IMG/VR virus record: IMGVR_UViG_3300033143_006101
Span: 1 to 64,000 of that record
Reading direction: 5' to 3' (one strand)
Length of the DNA: 64,000 bases
The notes under the pieces: generated by a model
What the model saw: only the letters and a program-made list of their open reading frames with translations
Databases searched by the model: none
What the model was told of the DNA's origin: nothing
Part shown: positions 1-9,213 of the stretch, piece after piece
Layout: each line of letters opens with the position of its first letter
How positions within the stretch are numbered: the first letter of the stretch is position 1
Program-made: the position numbers and the translations under genes

Positions 1-96
1 AATTACGGCTTAATACAAGCGATTTAAAACTATATACTGAGATATAATAATCAATATCTCTGGGAAGAATATTGTTTTAAAATCAATCAAAAATGG

Positions 97-312
97 GTGA
101 CTATAAACCTTTTAAATAACAGCAATAATAAAGTTGTTAAATGTATGGGTCATTGTTATGACAGCTGTGGGTGGACAACTTGCGGTTTTTGGGGCTTTAA
201 TGATAAAACTGATGAGTCTCAATGTAAAATGTTTAATGCCGGGATGTTTAAAAGTGAATCTTTAAATATTTGTAACAAAGTATATGGAAGAGATTATAGA
301 GGAAGTCCATAA
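97..312 (+). CDS. small Cys-rich hypothetical protein
   Basis: ORF with 5 Cys, tightly packed with its neighbours. Confidence 0.5.
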   Translation: MTINLLNNSNNKVVKCMGHCYDSCGWTTCGFWGFNDKTDESQCKMFNAGMFKSESLNICNKVYGRDYRGSP

Positions 313-318
313 TTAAAA

Positions 319-597
319 ATGAAGGAGAAAAATGAAATGGAAAAAGTAAAAGAAAATAACAGATACAAATATTGTATTGATTGTCAAAATTGTATGGTTT
401 TTAATACAATAGAAACAGATAAGCAAAATGAAGTTATGCATGTGCCTTCGCACCATAGTAATCAAGCAGGGGCATGCATACGAGATGCTACTTCAGTAAG
501 TGAAACTAAAATAGTTTATTATAGATGTAAGATTATAAATGGACCCTGTGTAGAGTATATAGCTCATTGTTCAGATAAAGTAAAAAAGAGTAAATAA
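319..597 (+). CDS. small Cys-rich hypothetical protein (CxxCxxC)
   Basis: ORF abutting the thyA start; CIDCQNC motif. Confidence 0.55.
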   Translation: MKEKNEMEKVKENNRYKYCIDCQNCMVFNTIETDKQNEVMHVPSHHSNQAGACIRDATSVSETKIVYYRCKIINGPCVEYIAHCSDKVKKSK

Positions 598-598
598 T

Positions 599-2404
599 AT
601 GAAACTAAATTTGATAGATATTGAAGCAACCACATTGTCAGACGCATGGTTCCAAACAGTTTATAATTGTCTTGAGCATGGAAGAGATTTTAAAATTGAT
701 AGGGGGAGTTATGAAGGAGACCAAAGATTGGAGTTTGATTATATCACTGTGCATATTACTCACCCTGGTAGTGAGCCTATTCTTCCTTCTCTACCTTCTC
801 AGTATAGTATCCCCAACCCTGTTGCAGAAGACTACCTCACCGATTATATTCCATATTTGATGACAGGGGAGTTAAAAAAAGGAGAAGCATATACTTATGG
901 GCAACGATTAACAAGATACCCTTTTAGATTAACAGTAGGACAGCTTACTGATTACAAATTATATACTTTAGGAAGATTAATAGAAAATAATGATTTTAAA
1001 TTTTCAGAAGTAAGAGAAATGCCTTTTATTGAAATGGAAAATGACATTGCTTATATCAATCAATTAGAATTAGCTATCTGGATGTATAAAAATAAAGGAT
1101 ACCGAAATAATCAAATGGTATTACAAATAGCACATCCTACAGATATGCTATTAAATGATCCTCCTTGTCTCAGATCAATTGATACAAGGATCCAAGATGG
1201 TAAACTTCATTTTGTAGTTTATTTTCGCTCTTGGGATCTGTGGTGTATAGATGAAAAAACAGAAGCTCTTACTAAAAGAGGTTGGCAAACTATTGATACT
1301 ATAAATGAAGATGATGTTATAGCTTCTTATAATGATACAACACATGAAATAGAATTTACAGATATTCTTGATATTAACAAACAAGATTATGAAGGTAAAA
1401 TGTTTAAAATAGAAACAAAGAGAATAGATCAATTAGTGACACCCAATCATAAAATATTTCATAAATATATTACACATTCGGGTAATAAAAGGAGTGTAGA
1501 AGAAAAATATAATCTTACTCGTATTGATGAATTAAAAATTAAACACGGATCTTTTATTCCAATATCTGCTCCTTGTAATGATGGTAAATGGTCTATTGGA
1601 AAGACTAAAGCTTCTCTTATTGGGTGGGTATTAACAGATAGTTATTATAGAAAAGGATGTAAGACAATAGAAATATATCAAACATCTAAAAAATATACTA
1701 ACGAAATAAGAGGGATATTGGTAGAATTAAATATAAATTATAATGAAAGAGTGGTAGAAAGACCTTATAAAGATACAGTATCTACTTTACATACTTTTAC
1801 AATACCTGCTAATGAAGCTGGTTGGATACGAGATATAATACCAAATAGAGAACCTACACATGATTTAATTTCATTATGTAAAGAAGATAGAAAAGCATTA
1901 TTTGAATCTATGATTATGGCAGATGGAACATATAAACTTGGAAGAAACAATACTTTATCTTGGACTTTTTATTCACAAAAACTATATAGACTTGAATGGT
2001 TTCAATTATTAGCATTTTCTTTAGGTTATAGTACCTTGATAAATGAGAAAAAAGGAGTGATACAAATATCTTCAAAGAGAGAAAGTATGTTACAACCTAT
2101 TCACTTTTCAGATAATGGAAAATTACCTACTAAATATTATAATGGAAAAGTTTGGTGTGTTAATACTAAACATGGTAATTTTGTTATTAGAAGAAATAAT
2201 AAAATATCTATAACAGGTAATTCGGGTTTTCCAGCTAACTTAGCAGCTATCCAACAGCTTAAAGAATATCTGGCTGGGGAAATAGGAGTAGAGGATGGTG
2301 AAATGATTGCTTCTTCGAAAGGTCTTCATTTATACTCATATTGTTTTGAGTTGGCAGAGATCATAAGAGGAAAAACCATAGAGGAATTTAGAAATGGAAA
2401 ATGA
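599..2404 (+). CDS. thyA: thymidylate synthase (ThyA-like, archaeal/phage type) interrupted by an intein
   Basis: YTYGQRL, catalytic PPCL, FRSWDLW|...|SGFPAN and GLHLY motifs once the intein is removed. Confidence 0.85.
   Translation: MKLNLIDIEATTLSDAWFQTVYNCLEHGRDFKIDRGSYEGDQRLEFDYITVHITHPGSEPILPSLPSQYSIPNPVAEDYLTDYIPYLMTGELKKGEAYTYGQRLTRYPFRLTVGQLTDYKLYTLGRLIENNDFKFSEVREMPFIEMENDIAYINQLELAIWMYKNKGYRNNQMVLQIAHPTDMLLNDPPCLRSIDTRIQDGKLHFVVYFRSWDLWCIDEKTEALTKRGWQTIDTINEDDVIASYNDTTHEIEFTDILDINKQDYEGKMFKIETKRIDQLVTPNHKIFHKYITHSGNKRSVEEKYNLTRIDELKIKHGSFIPISAPCNDGKWSIGKTKASLIGWVLTDSYYRKGCKTIEIYQTSKKYTNEIRGILVELNINYNERVVERPYKDTVSTLHTFTIPANEAGWIRDIIPNREPTHDLISLCKEDRKALFESMIMADGTYKLGRNNTLSWTFYSQKLYRLEWFQLLAFSLGYSTLINEKKGVIQISSKRESMLQPIHFSDNGKLPTKYYNGKVWCVNTKHGNFVIRRNNKISITGNSGFPANLAAIQQLKEYLAGEIGVEDGEMIASSKGLHLYSYCFELAEIIRGKTIEEFRNGK
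1244..2221 (+). mobile_element. intein with LAGLIDADG homing endonuclease (326 aa)
   Basis: Starts CIDEKTEALTKRGW; block B VTPNH; LAGLIDADG-like LIGWVLTDS and MIMADG; block F YNGKVWCV; ends ITGN followed by +1 Ser. Confidence 0.9.
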
Positions 2405-2588
2405 AAAGAAACCCAAAACAGTACGAAGATATTTATATCAATGTATGAATTGTGTTAGATATGAGATAAAAAGCCTAGATTATGTAAAATGTATAACAGA
2501 GTTTAGAGAGGAGAGTGAATCTGTATTAATTAAATGGGATCATGTAATAGGACAGAGATATGTTAATTGTCCAGTATACTTAAAATAA
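2394..2588 (+). CDS. hypothetical protein
   Basis: ORF overlapping the thyA stop; CxxC. Confidence 0.5.
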   Translation: MENEKKPKTVRRYLYQCMNCVRYEIKSLDYVKCITEFREESESVLIKWDHVIGQRYVNCPVYLK

Positions 2589-2601
2589 GAGGAAGTTAGA
2601 A

Positions 2602-2811
2602 GTGGAAGCTAAAGTAGGAAGAGTCTACAAACATAAAAAAGGTGGTATATATAAAGTAGACTATATAGCTATTTATACTGAAATTGAGGAGAAGCTTGTC
2701 ATATATCATAAGCTACAAGATGCTGATTGGTTAAGGAAAGATGACATTACTTGGGCCAGACCTTACGATATATTTTGTGATGGTAGATTCGAGAAACTCA
2801 CAGGAGGTTAG
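2602..2811 (+). CDS. DUF1653-family protein
   Basis: YKHKKGGIYKV...EEKLVIY...WARPYDIF...RF pattern. Confidence 0.75.
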   Translation: MEAKVGRVYKHKKGGIYKVDYIAIYTEIEEKLVIYHKLQDADWLRKDDITWARPYDIFCDGRFEKLTGG

Positions 2812-3710
2812 GAATGGAAGTGTGTCCTAAATATGGAAGGTTTTGTGCAGAAAGAAATCATTATACTGGATTACTACTTTGTTATAATAGATCTTGTGAT
2901 TATAAAGAAGAGGAAGTAAAAGTAATACTAGAATTAAAAGGAACGGGAGAAGTAAGATGGAAAATACCAGAAAAAATAGATTAATTTTAGCAGGAATAGG
3001 TGCTGTGCTTATAAGTATATACATAGCATCAGATTTGATTTTGTTTTTAGGGCTTGGTATTTTTGTATGTTTTTTATCTGTGATTATGAGAATAGTATCG
3101 TTATAAGGAGTATATATGGATTTAAAACAATTAAGAATGCATTTTAAAAAAGAAACCGGATTATCTTGGGTAAATTCTCAAGGGGAGCCGGACATAGAAT
3201 ATGTTGAATGGCTTGAAAATAAGGTTATTACAAAACCCAATGGATGGAGTGTAAAATGAGTGAAGAACCATTATAATGTCCTAATTGTGCTAGTTGCCAC
3301 ACAGAATTTGAAGAGGTAAGAAAAAGTAATAAAGTGATGTGCCCCGGACATAGATCTTGGAGTATACATAGTTATTGGTATTGTTTAGATTGTGGTGTAA
3401 TGTTTCAAGATGTATCAAAGGAGAAAACAGAATGACATCTGAATTTTATGATCCGGAAATCACTACTGTACGTATGAAAGTCGGTCCTCCATGGTATATA
3501 AAAGTTTTACGATGGATCCAAAAAAAGCTAGGATTATATAAACCATGGACTTTTGAACATGATGAGGTAATGGATATTCATATAGATGAGAGTGCTACGC
3601 AATTATTAATAGAAGAAGCAGAGAGAACTAGAAATGATAAATAAGTTATTGCAGAAATTGAAATAAGTAAGATTCTTATTGCAAGTTCATCAATAAAAAG
3701 AGGTATAGTT

Positions 3711-4247
3711 ATGAGTAAGGTTAAACAAGTTATAGTAGTAAGAACAGATTTAAAAATGAGAAAGGGTAAATTTGCGAGTCAGGTTGCCCATGCTGCATTA
3801 AAAATATTTTTTGACAGACTAACTCTTTTAGGATCTAGAGAAACTGCTGTATTACTTACTCATTGGGGTTGGAATGAAGTAGAATTTCAAGCCAGGTTAA
3901 GAATAACAGAACCTATGATGAATTGGATGAATAAAGATTTTATTAAAATAGTAGTTGGATGTGATTCATTAGAAGAACTATTAATGATACAAAGGCAAGC
4001 TGAAGAAGAGCGTATCATTAATGCTATTATAGAAGATAATGGTGTAACTGAATTTAAAGAAAAAAATAAATGTCAAGTTTGTGAAGGAACTGGAATGATT
4101 ACTGTTCAAACTGTTACTGGATTGTGTGTGGAATGTGATGGTGAAGGATATATACGAATTAATAAACCAACTATTACTTGCTTAGCATTAGGACCCGATT
4201 TAGCTGAAAAGCTTGATAAAATTACTGGCAATTTAAAATTACTGTAA
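3711..4247 (+). CDS. pth2: peptidyl-tRNA hydrolase Pth2 with an inserted CxxCxGxG zinc-finger pair
   Basis: KQVIVVRTDLKMRKGKFASQVAHA, KIVV, IEDNGVTEF and TCLALGP...LDKITGNLKLL. Confidence 0.9.
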   Translation: MSKVKQVIVVRTDLKMRKGKFASQVAHAALKIFFDRLTLLGSRETAVLLTHWGWNEVEFQARLRITEPMMNWMNKDFIKIVVGCDSLEELLMIQRQAEEERIINAIIEDNGVTEFKEKNKCQVCEGTGMITVQTVTGLCVECDGEGYIRINKPTITCLALGPDLAEKLDKITGNLKLL

Positions 4248-4258
4248 GGGTTATTATC

Positions 4259-4543
4259 ATGTGGTATCAAAATAAAGAAGGGAAAGCAACTCAATTGATG
4301 AGTGCCTATATTTTTTATTATAATGCTGGGTGGGTCACTATGCATGCTGTACTTCGTGATGGAAAAGATACGTGTTTTTCCATAGAAAAAGTAACAGAAA
4401 AAGAAGCACCTTTGTTTATTAAATGGATAGTAATGCATTTTTTTGATTTATATAAAAGACCGTTACAATGGAAGCATTTTGTTGAATGGAAGAAAAATGG
4501 ATGTAAGGAAAAAGAATGTATAAACAGTGCCGACTCAGAATAG
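4259..4543 (+). CDS. hypothetical protein
   Basis: ORF in a tightly packed + strand array. Confidence 0.45.
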   Translation: MWYQNKEGKATQLMSAYIFYYNAGWVTMHAVLRDGKDTCFSIEKVTEKEAPLFIKWIVMHFFDLYKRPLQWKHFVEWKKNGCKEKECINSADSE

Positions 4544-4734
4544 GTAATACTTATACATATAAGTGGGTACACGAGAAAAAAGCTAAAGAAGGAGAGATTA
4601 TAACAGTTAAGGATAAGATATTAAAAGATGGCAAATGGATTTCAAGAAGACAGAAAGATTGGGAAATTGATACTATCTGGCATCTTAAACAAGCTAAGAA
4701 GTACTTAGCTGAAAGACATAGAGTTAATTAATAT

Positions 4735-4807
4735 GTGATCGTAGTTCAATTGGTAGAACCTCAGGTTGTGATCCTGGATGTTGCGAGTTCGAGTCTCGCC
4801 GATCACC
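4735..4807 (+). tRNA. tRNA-His(GTG)
   Basis: Cloverleaf: GTGATCG/CGATCAC acceptor stem, anticodon loop TTGTGAT, TTCGAGT T-loop. Confidence 0.9.
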
Positions 4808-4829
4808 AGTAAAAAAGGAGATAGATAAA

Positions 4830-5048
4830 ATGAATGACTTTGGGGATGTAAAGATTTGTACATGTTGTAAAGAACCTAAACCGATTTCTCAGTTTCATAG
4901 AACTTCCAGGAAATATACGCATAAAAAAAGTGGTGAGGCTTTATTATATACGTATCATCATGCAAAATGTAAGAAGTGCAGAAACGATCAAAAGGAGGAA
5001 TGGATTGTCAAAAAAAACAAAAAAAATAGAAAGAAAGTCAAAGCGTAA
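4830..5048 (+). CDS. small zinc-ribbon protein (CxxC...CxxC)
   Basis: KICTCCKEPKPISQFH...CKKC; upstream AGGAG. Confidence 0.55.
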   Translation: MNDFGDVKICTCCKEPKPISQFHRTSRKYTHKKSGEALLYTYHHAKCKKCRNDQKEEWIVKKNKKNRKKVKA

Positions 5049-5379
5049 GCTTTTATTTTCTGTAACTAAAAAAGATTTAGAAATATCTTATTTCTCTGGA
5101 TCCGGGGCTGGTGGGCAACATAGAAATAAGTCAAAAAATTGTGTACGTATTAAACATTCTGATTCTAGAGTAGTTGTGATAGGCACAGAACAGCGTAGTC
5201 GTGCCCAAAATAAAAAAACTGCTTTTAAGCGATTAGTAAATCATGTTGATTTTAAAAATTGGTTGAAATTTACTTCTTTAAAAAAGAGTCACAATTGGAA
5301 AGAAATAGAAAAAGAAATTAATGCTTGGGTAGACGAACAGATGAAAGAAGAAAATTTAAAAATTGAATATGGAGTATAA
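5005..5379 (+). CDS. release-factor-like GGQ peptidyl-tRNA hydrolase (ArfB/PrfH-like)
   Basis: SGAGGQHRNK...VRIKH...EQRSRAQNK; likely TTG start at 5005 after AGGAGG (ORF track starts at 4930). Confidence 0.85.
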   Translation: MSKKTKKIERKSKRKLLFSVTKKDLEISYFSGSGAGGQHRNKSKNCVRIKHSDSRVVVIGTEQRSRAQNKKTAFKRLVNHVDFKNWLKFTSLKKSHNWKEIEKEINAWVDEQMKEENLKIEYGV

Positions 5380-5394
5380 TTATGCAGGGAAAGA

Positions 5395-5631
5395 ATGAAA
5401 TCGTTTACAAGTATAAATAAGTTTTTACTTACTGTCAAAGGAATTGAAAGACGTGTATTTGCTGTAGAAAATGATGTATATAGAGACGAAGAAAACGGCT
5501 TGCGTCACTTTTCCGATTTTTATCCAGAAGTTAAAATAAATGGTAAAATGTATAAAGTAGTAGGTGTAGAAGCTTTCACAAAAACTTATCTTGAAGAAGG
5601 CTCACCTTTAGGCATAGTAGTAGAAGAATAG
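5395..5631 (+). CDS. hypothetical protein
   Basis: ORF whose stop overlaps the 5' end of tRNA-Trp. Confidence 0.5.
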   Translation: MKSFTSINKFLLTVKGIERRVFAVENDVYRDEENGLRHFSDFYPEVKINGKMYKVVGVEAFTKTYLEEGSPLGIVVEE

Positions 5632-5703
5632 GGGAATAGTGTTAAATGGAGAACACGATGGATTCCAAATCCATAAATTCCGGATCGTACCCGGATTCCC
5701 TTG
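5630..5703 (+). tRNA. tRNA-Trp(CCA) with atypical T-loop
   Basis: AGGGGAA/TTCCCTT acceptor; ATGGA-TTCCAAA-TCCAT anticodon arm; T-arm TCCGG-ATCGTAC-CCGGA. Confidence 0.8.
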
Positions 5704-6067
5704 CATAAGGAGCTAATATGAAAACAATAAAATTTTTTACTATAATGAGAGAACGTAATACAATGCAAATTAATCATGTAGCTAAAATCAATGAACAATT
5801 ACAATATCATAATGTTTCTGCCAAAGATGTTATATCTATTGTTCATGAATATCCTAATGTTATAGTATACTATGCAGGAAAATAATGAATTATAATATAC
5901 ATCCTTATCATGATAGTGGTGGAGTGTTTGATGGTACTAAAGAAATTACTTTTCAAGTACATGAACTTTTAACAATGTATCCTTTTAGTACTGATTATAC
6001 CAGAATGAAACTAAAACAAAAATTACATAAGTTTTTTGAGGAAGAAAAAAAGAGAAGGAGGTAAAAG

Positions 6068-6454
6068 ATGCCATTTGGAATTGATTCATTAGAATTACGA
6101 GAAGCAGAGGATGAAATAAACATGAAAGAAGTAGAAAAAATCATTACTAAAATGATTACTCTTTGTCAACCAATCAAATATGACAATTTTAATACAATAG
6201 TTCCTGCTATTGAAAAGTGGAAATTGCGTGAATATGAAGATAAAGAAAACAAAGTAGGACTGGCTGCATACGATACGAAAGAAGAAGGGATATCAACACT
6301 TAGTATCATAGCAACTATTACAGATATTCTTGTAGGAAAACGATTAGCTTTTCAAATAGATAATGATGGTTATATTTATGGGGTAACTTTTAACTGGACC
6401 ACGAAGAAGATGGAAGTAGAAGATGACAAAAAACGAACATCTGTATTGGATTAG
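6068..6454 (+). CDS. hypothetical protein
   Basis: ORF with AGGAGG Shine-Dalgarno. Confidence 0.55.
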   Translation: MPFGIDSLELREAEDEINMKEVEKIITKMITLCQPIKYDNFNTIVPAIEKWKLREYEDKENKVGLAAYDTKEEGISTLSIIATITDILVGKRLAFQIDNDGYIYGVTFNWTTKKMEVEDDKKRTSVLD

Positions 6455-6608
6455 TACTAAAACAGCAACATATGGTGTGATAACAGATGGTAATAAAATT
6501 ATTCATTCTGCACCAATAGCAAGAAAGTTTATAGGTAAGACAATACAAGACTTACAACAATTCTTTTTAGATCGTAGAATTAAATATGAAATGAGGGAAA
6601 TAAAATGA
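6423..6608 (+). CDS. hypothetical protein
   Basis: ORF overlapping both neighbours. Confidence 0.5.
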   Translation: MTKNEHLYWISTKTATYGVITDGNKIIHSAPIARKFIGKTIQDLQQFFLDRRIKYEMREIK

Positions 6609-6811
6609 AGCAAACAGTAACTATTAATATTGAAGGTAAACGACGAAGTGGTAAGTCTTTAATAGGAAAGATTATCAAAGATTATTTAGAATCTCTTGGT
6701 TTAGATGTTATATGGAATGATGCATATACAATTCATTTCCCTGATAAATTAGATTGGAATAAATTTGATAGGGATGGACAAAATATTACTATAAATTCTG
6801 AACATGATTAA
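6605..6811 (+). CDS. small protein with a kinase-like P-loop
   Basis: INIEGKRRSGKS Walker A-like motif; only 68 aa. Confidence 0.5.
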   Translation: MKQTVTINIEGKRRSGKSLIGKIIKDYLESLGLDVIWNDAYTIHFPDKLDWNKFDRDGQNITINSEHD

Positions 6812-6822
6812 AGGAGAATAAG

Positions 6823-7143
6823 ATGAAAAAATTAATTATTTTTTTAGTATGTATGTTTATTGTATGTAATATAACATGTAAAAGTGAAGAGGATAATCAT
6901 TTAACTTCAATAAAAGGAATGGTACAAAGTTCGTTAGAGAAAGCTTATTTTGAAGGACAAAAGGACGTGTTGTCAGGTGATGTAAGAATAAAACGTGTAG
7001 GAGATAAATGGACATGGATTAAATCTCCTTGGGAAGGTGGTAGACCTCCTATCTATGATCCACTTAAAGATCCTAGTCAAAAAAATGATGATATGAAAGA
7101 AGAAAGAAAGGAGGAAGATGAAGAAATAAATTTTGATGATTAG
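6823..7143 (+). CDS. putative lipoprotein
   Basis: MKK + hydrophobic stretch + IT-C-KSEE lipobox-like signal. Confidence 0.55.
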   Translation: MKKLIIFLVCMFIVCNITCKSEEDNHLTSIKGMVQSSLEKAYFEGQKDVLSGDVRIKRVGDKWTWIKSPWEGGRPPIYDPLKDPSQKNDDMKEERKEEDEEINFDD

Positions 7144-7152
7144 GGGGATACT

Positions 7153-7380
7153 ATGAAAGTATCAAAAATAATAATTGAGCATGAAGGAGAAGAGTTTGTA
7201 TTTCCTGTGTATGAAGAAGAAGGTGGTTTCTGGACTACTTTAGAAGTTCGTCCTGGGTGGCATTTGAATACTCAGACATTTGATGAAAATACTTATGATG
7301 AACTTATAAAAAATGTTAAAGAAGCTTTTAAAGCACTTATTGAAGAGGATAAAAAAGAGAAGGAAGAAAAAGAAGAATAG
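7153..7380 (+). CDS. HicB-like antitoxin domain protein (no toxin partner in window)
   Basis: VYEEEGGFW...PG...TQ...TYDELIKNVKEA matches the HicB N-terminal pattern. Confidence 0.6.
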   Translation: MKVSKIIIEHEGEEFVFPVYEEEGGFWTTLEVRPGWHLNTQTFDENTYDELIKNVKEAFKALIEEDKKEKEEKEE

Positions 7381-7416
7381 TATGTCAATAACAGATACTG
7401 ACATTCAAAAAAATAA

Positions 7417-7500
7417 GCCTCTGTGGTGGAGCTGGAAGACACGCCAGATTTAGGATCTGGTGCTCGAAAGGGCGTGGGGGTTCGAAACCCTCCAGGGGCA
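7417..7500 (+). tRNA. tRNA-Leu(TAG)
   Basis: Type II cloverleaf with long variable arm; CCAGA-TTTAGGA-TCTGG; TTCGAAA. Confidence 0.92.
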
Positions 7501-7512
7501 AAGGAGAAAAAT

Positions 7513-7671
7513 ATGGATAAAGAACATATGTTATTAGTTTTAGGTGGCGTTGTGCTCATAATAGTAATAATCGTAGCAAACTTTAAATATCCTTATTCTC
7601 AAATAAACCATAAAGGTCGTATAGATGGTTTAGAAAAACGTATGGAGACATTGGAAGAAAGGATTAGATGA
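7513..7671 (+). CDS. small membrane protein
   Basis: Start at MDKEHMLL after AAGGAG; one TM helix plus coiled-coil tail. Confidence 0.55.
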   Translation: MDKEHMLLVLGGVVLIIVIIVANFKYPYSQINHKGRIDGLEKRMETLEERIR

Positions 7672-8015
7672 AATTAGCTATTGTAGGCTCAAGAAATTTT
7701 AAGAGTTTTAGGAAAATGTATTTAAGCATTCAAAAATTAATGGAAGTTTCTGATATAGAATTAATTGTTTCTGGAGGAGCCAAAGGTGCAGATACACTTG
7801 CTGAGCATTTTGCTGATATGTATAATATACCAAAAAAGATATTTAAACCAGATTGGAATACATTCGGTAAAAGGGCAGGCTTTCTTAGAAATAAAGACAT
7901 AGTTGATACAGCCGATCAAGTAATAGCATTTTGGGATGGAAAAAGTAAAGGTACCAAATCAACTATTGATTTAGCAAAGGAACAAAATAAATTATTAAAA
8001 ATAATAAATATATAA
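7668..8015 (+). CDS. DUF2493/YspA-like SLOG family protein
   Basis: AIVGSRNF, IVSGGAKGAD, AGFLRN, AFWDGKSKGT. Confidence 0.85.
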   Translation: MKLAIVGSRNFKSFRKMYLSIQKLMEVSDIELIVSGGAKGADTLAEHFADMYNIPKKIFKPDWNTFGKRAGFLRNKDIVDTADQVIAFWDGKSKGTKSTIDLAKEQNKLLKIINI

Positions 8016-8026
8016 GGAGATGCTAG

Positions 8027-8311
8027 ATGAAAGTATTAGGAGATGCAGTTTTAGTAAGAGAAGAGGAGCCTGATGAGGAAAAAAAAGTAGGAAGTCTTTA
8101 TATTCCTCCCAGTGTTGAACATGTTCTTTGTTATGGAACAGTAGTATCTGTAGGAAGAGGGGTTATTTCTGCAGGGAAAATAGTTGGTTCAGAATTATCA
8201 GAAGGAGACAGAATAATGTTTAATGCTCATACTAAAGTACCTATGGAAATTGAAGGAGAAGAAAAAAATCTTTTTCTGATTAAAGAAAATCAAGTATTAG
8301 CAATTTTGTAA
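8027..8311 (+). CDS. groES: co-chaperonin GroES-like protein
   Basis: LGDAVLV, GSLYIP mobile loop, GTVVSVGRG, EGDRI, IKENQVLAIL. Confidence 0.85.
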   Translation: MKVLGDAVLVREEEPDEEKKVGSLYIPPSVEHVLCYGTVVSVGRGVISAGKIVGSELSEGDRIMFNAHTKVPMEIEGEEKNLFLIKENQVLAIL

Positions 8312-8321
8312 GGAGAAATAT

Positions 8322-9128
8322 ATGATACTTAAACCAGGATCAGTACCAGAACCATTTGAAATGTTTACAGAACATCGTCCTTGGGGATATTATGAAAGAT
8401 ATGGAGATAATGTGCATTGTACACCTAAGATTCTTTATGTTAAAAAGAATGAGATGCTTTCAATGCAATACCATTTCAAGAGAGACCAATTTTATCTTGT
8501 ATTAGATGATCATTTTATTGTAGAGTATAGTAGTAAGCCTATTCCTGTTGAAATATTAGATGAACCAAATGAAGCAAAGCGTTTCGCAGAAGTAGAGCAA
8601 TTTTTAAAAGATCATTTGATAGTTACTACTGGATTTGTAGGATCTAAGTTTGGATTTAAGAGGCATGTCATTCATAGGGTAACTTACGTAGGAGAACAAG
8701 AAACAGGTAAGATTTTTGATCTGGCTTTTGGTGTTAATGATGAGACAGATATTGTTAGAGTAAAAGATGAGTATGGAAGAGAGAGCAAAAAGTTAAAATA
8801 CTATGATAAGACTTGTCTTTTTGACATTATACAAGATAAAGTCAGAAAAGACCTCCAATCTCCAGCTATTCTAATAATAAAACAGGAAAGAGAGCAAAAT
8901 TATGGTAATATTTTAGATAATTTTCCTACTGCAAAGCAACAAATACTGTATGATTTGCAAAAAGAAGGATATGCTCTTATTAAATTACCAGCAGAACTGG
9001 ATGGATCGGCGTTTTTTGCAAAATTACAACCAAAGTATACTAATGAATCTTTAAGTTTTATCTTAATGAATGAAAAAGGGGAAATAGTAAAATATTTTCC
9101 TCAAGATACGTTTGGAACAATCAAATAA
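8322..9128 (+). CDS. cupin resembling the type II mannose-6-phosphate isomerase C-terminal domain, with an unknown C-terminal extension
   Basis: RPWGYYE, LSMQYHFKR, HRV, DIVRVKDEYGR. Confidence 0.7.
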   Translation: MILKPGSVPEPFEMFTEHRPWGYYERYGDNVHCTPKILYVKKNEMLSMQYHFKRDQFYLVLDDHFIVEYSSKPIPVEILDEPNEAKRFAEVEQFLKDHLIVTTGFVGSKFGFKRHVIHRVTYVGEQETGKIFDLAFGVNDETDIVRVKDEYGRESKKLKYYDKTCLFDIIQDKVRKDLQSPAILIIKQEREQNYGNILDNFPTAKQQILYDLQKEGYALIKLPAELDGSAFFAKLQPKYTNESLSFILMNEKGEIVKYFPQDTFGTIK

Positions 9129-9213
9129 GCTGCGGTGGTGAAATTGGTAGACACATCAGGTTTAAGCCCTGATGCCCTTTAGTGGCATGGGGGTTCAACT
9201 CCCCCCCGCAGTA
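9129..9213 (+). tRNA. tRNA-Leu(TAA)
   Basis: Type II cloverleaf; TCAGG-TTTAAGC-CCTGA; GGGGG-TTCAACT-CCCCC. Confidence 0.9.

Noticed and set aside
599-2404. dCMP hydroxymethylase with the GT cassette as a DNA hypermodification system
   Set aside because: The specificity residue is Asn (GFPAN), as in dUMP-using enzymes, and the GTs lie in the baseplate operon and resemble surface-glycan enzymes. Not fully excluded without nucleoside analysis.
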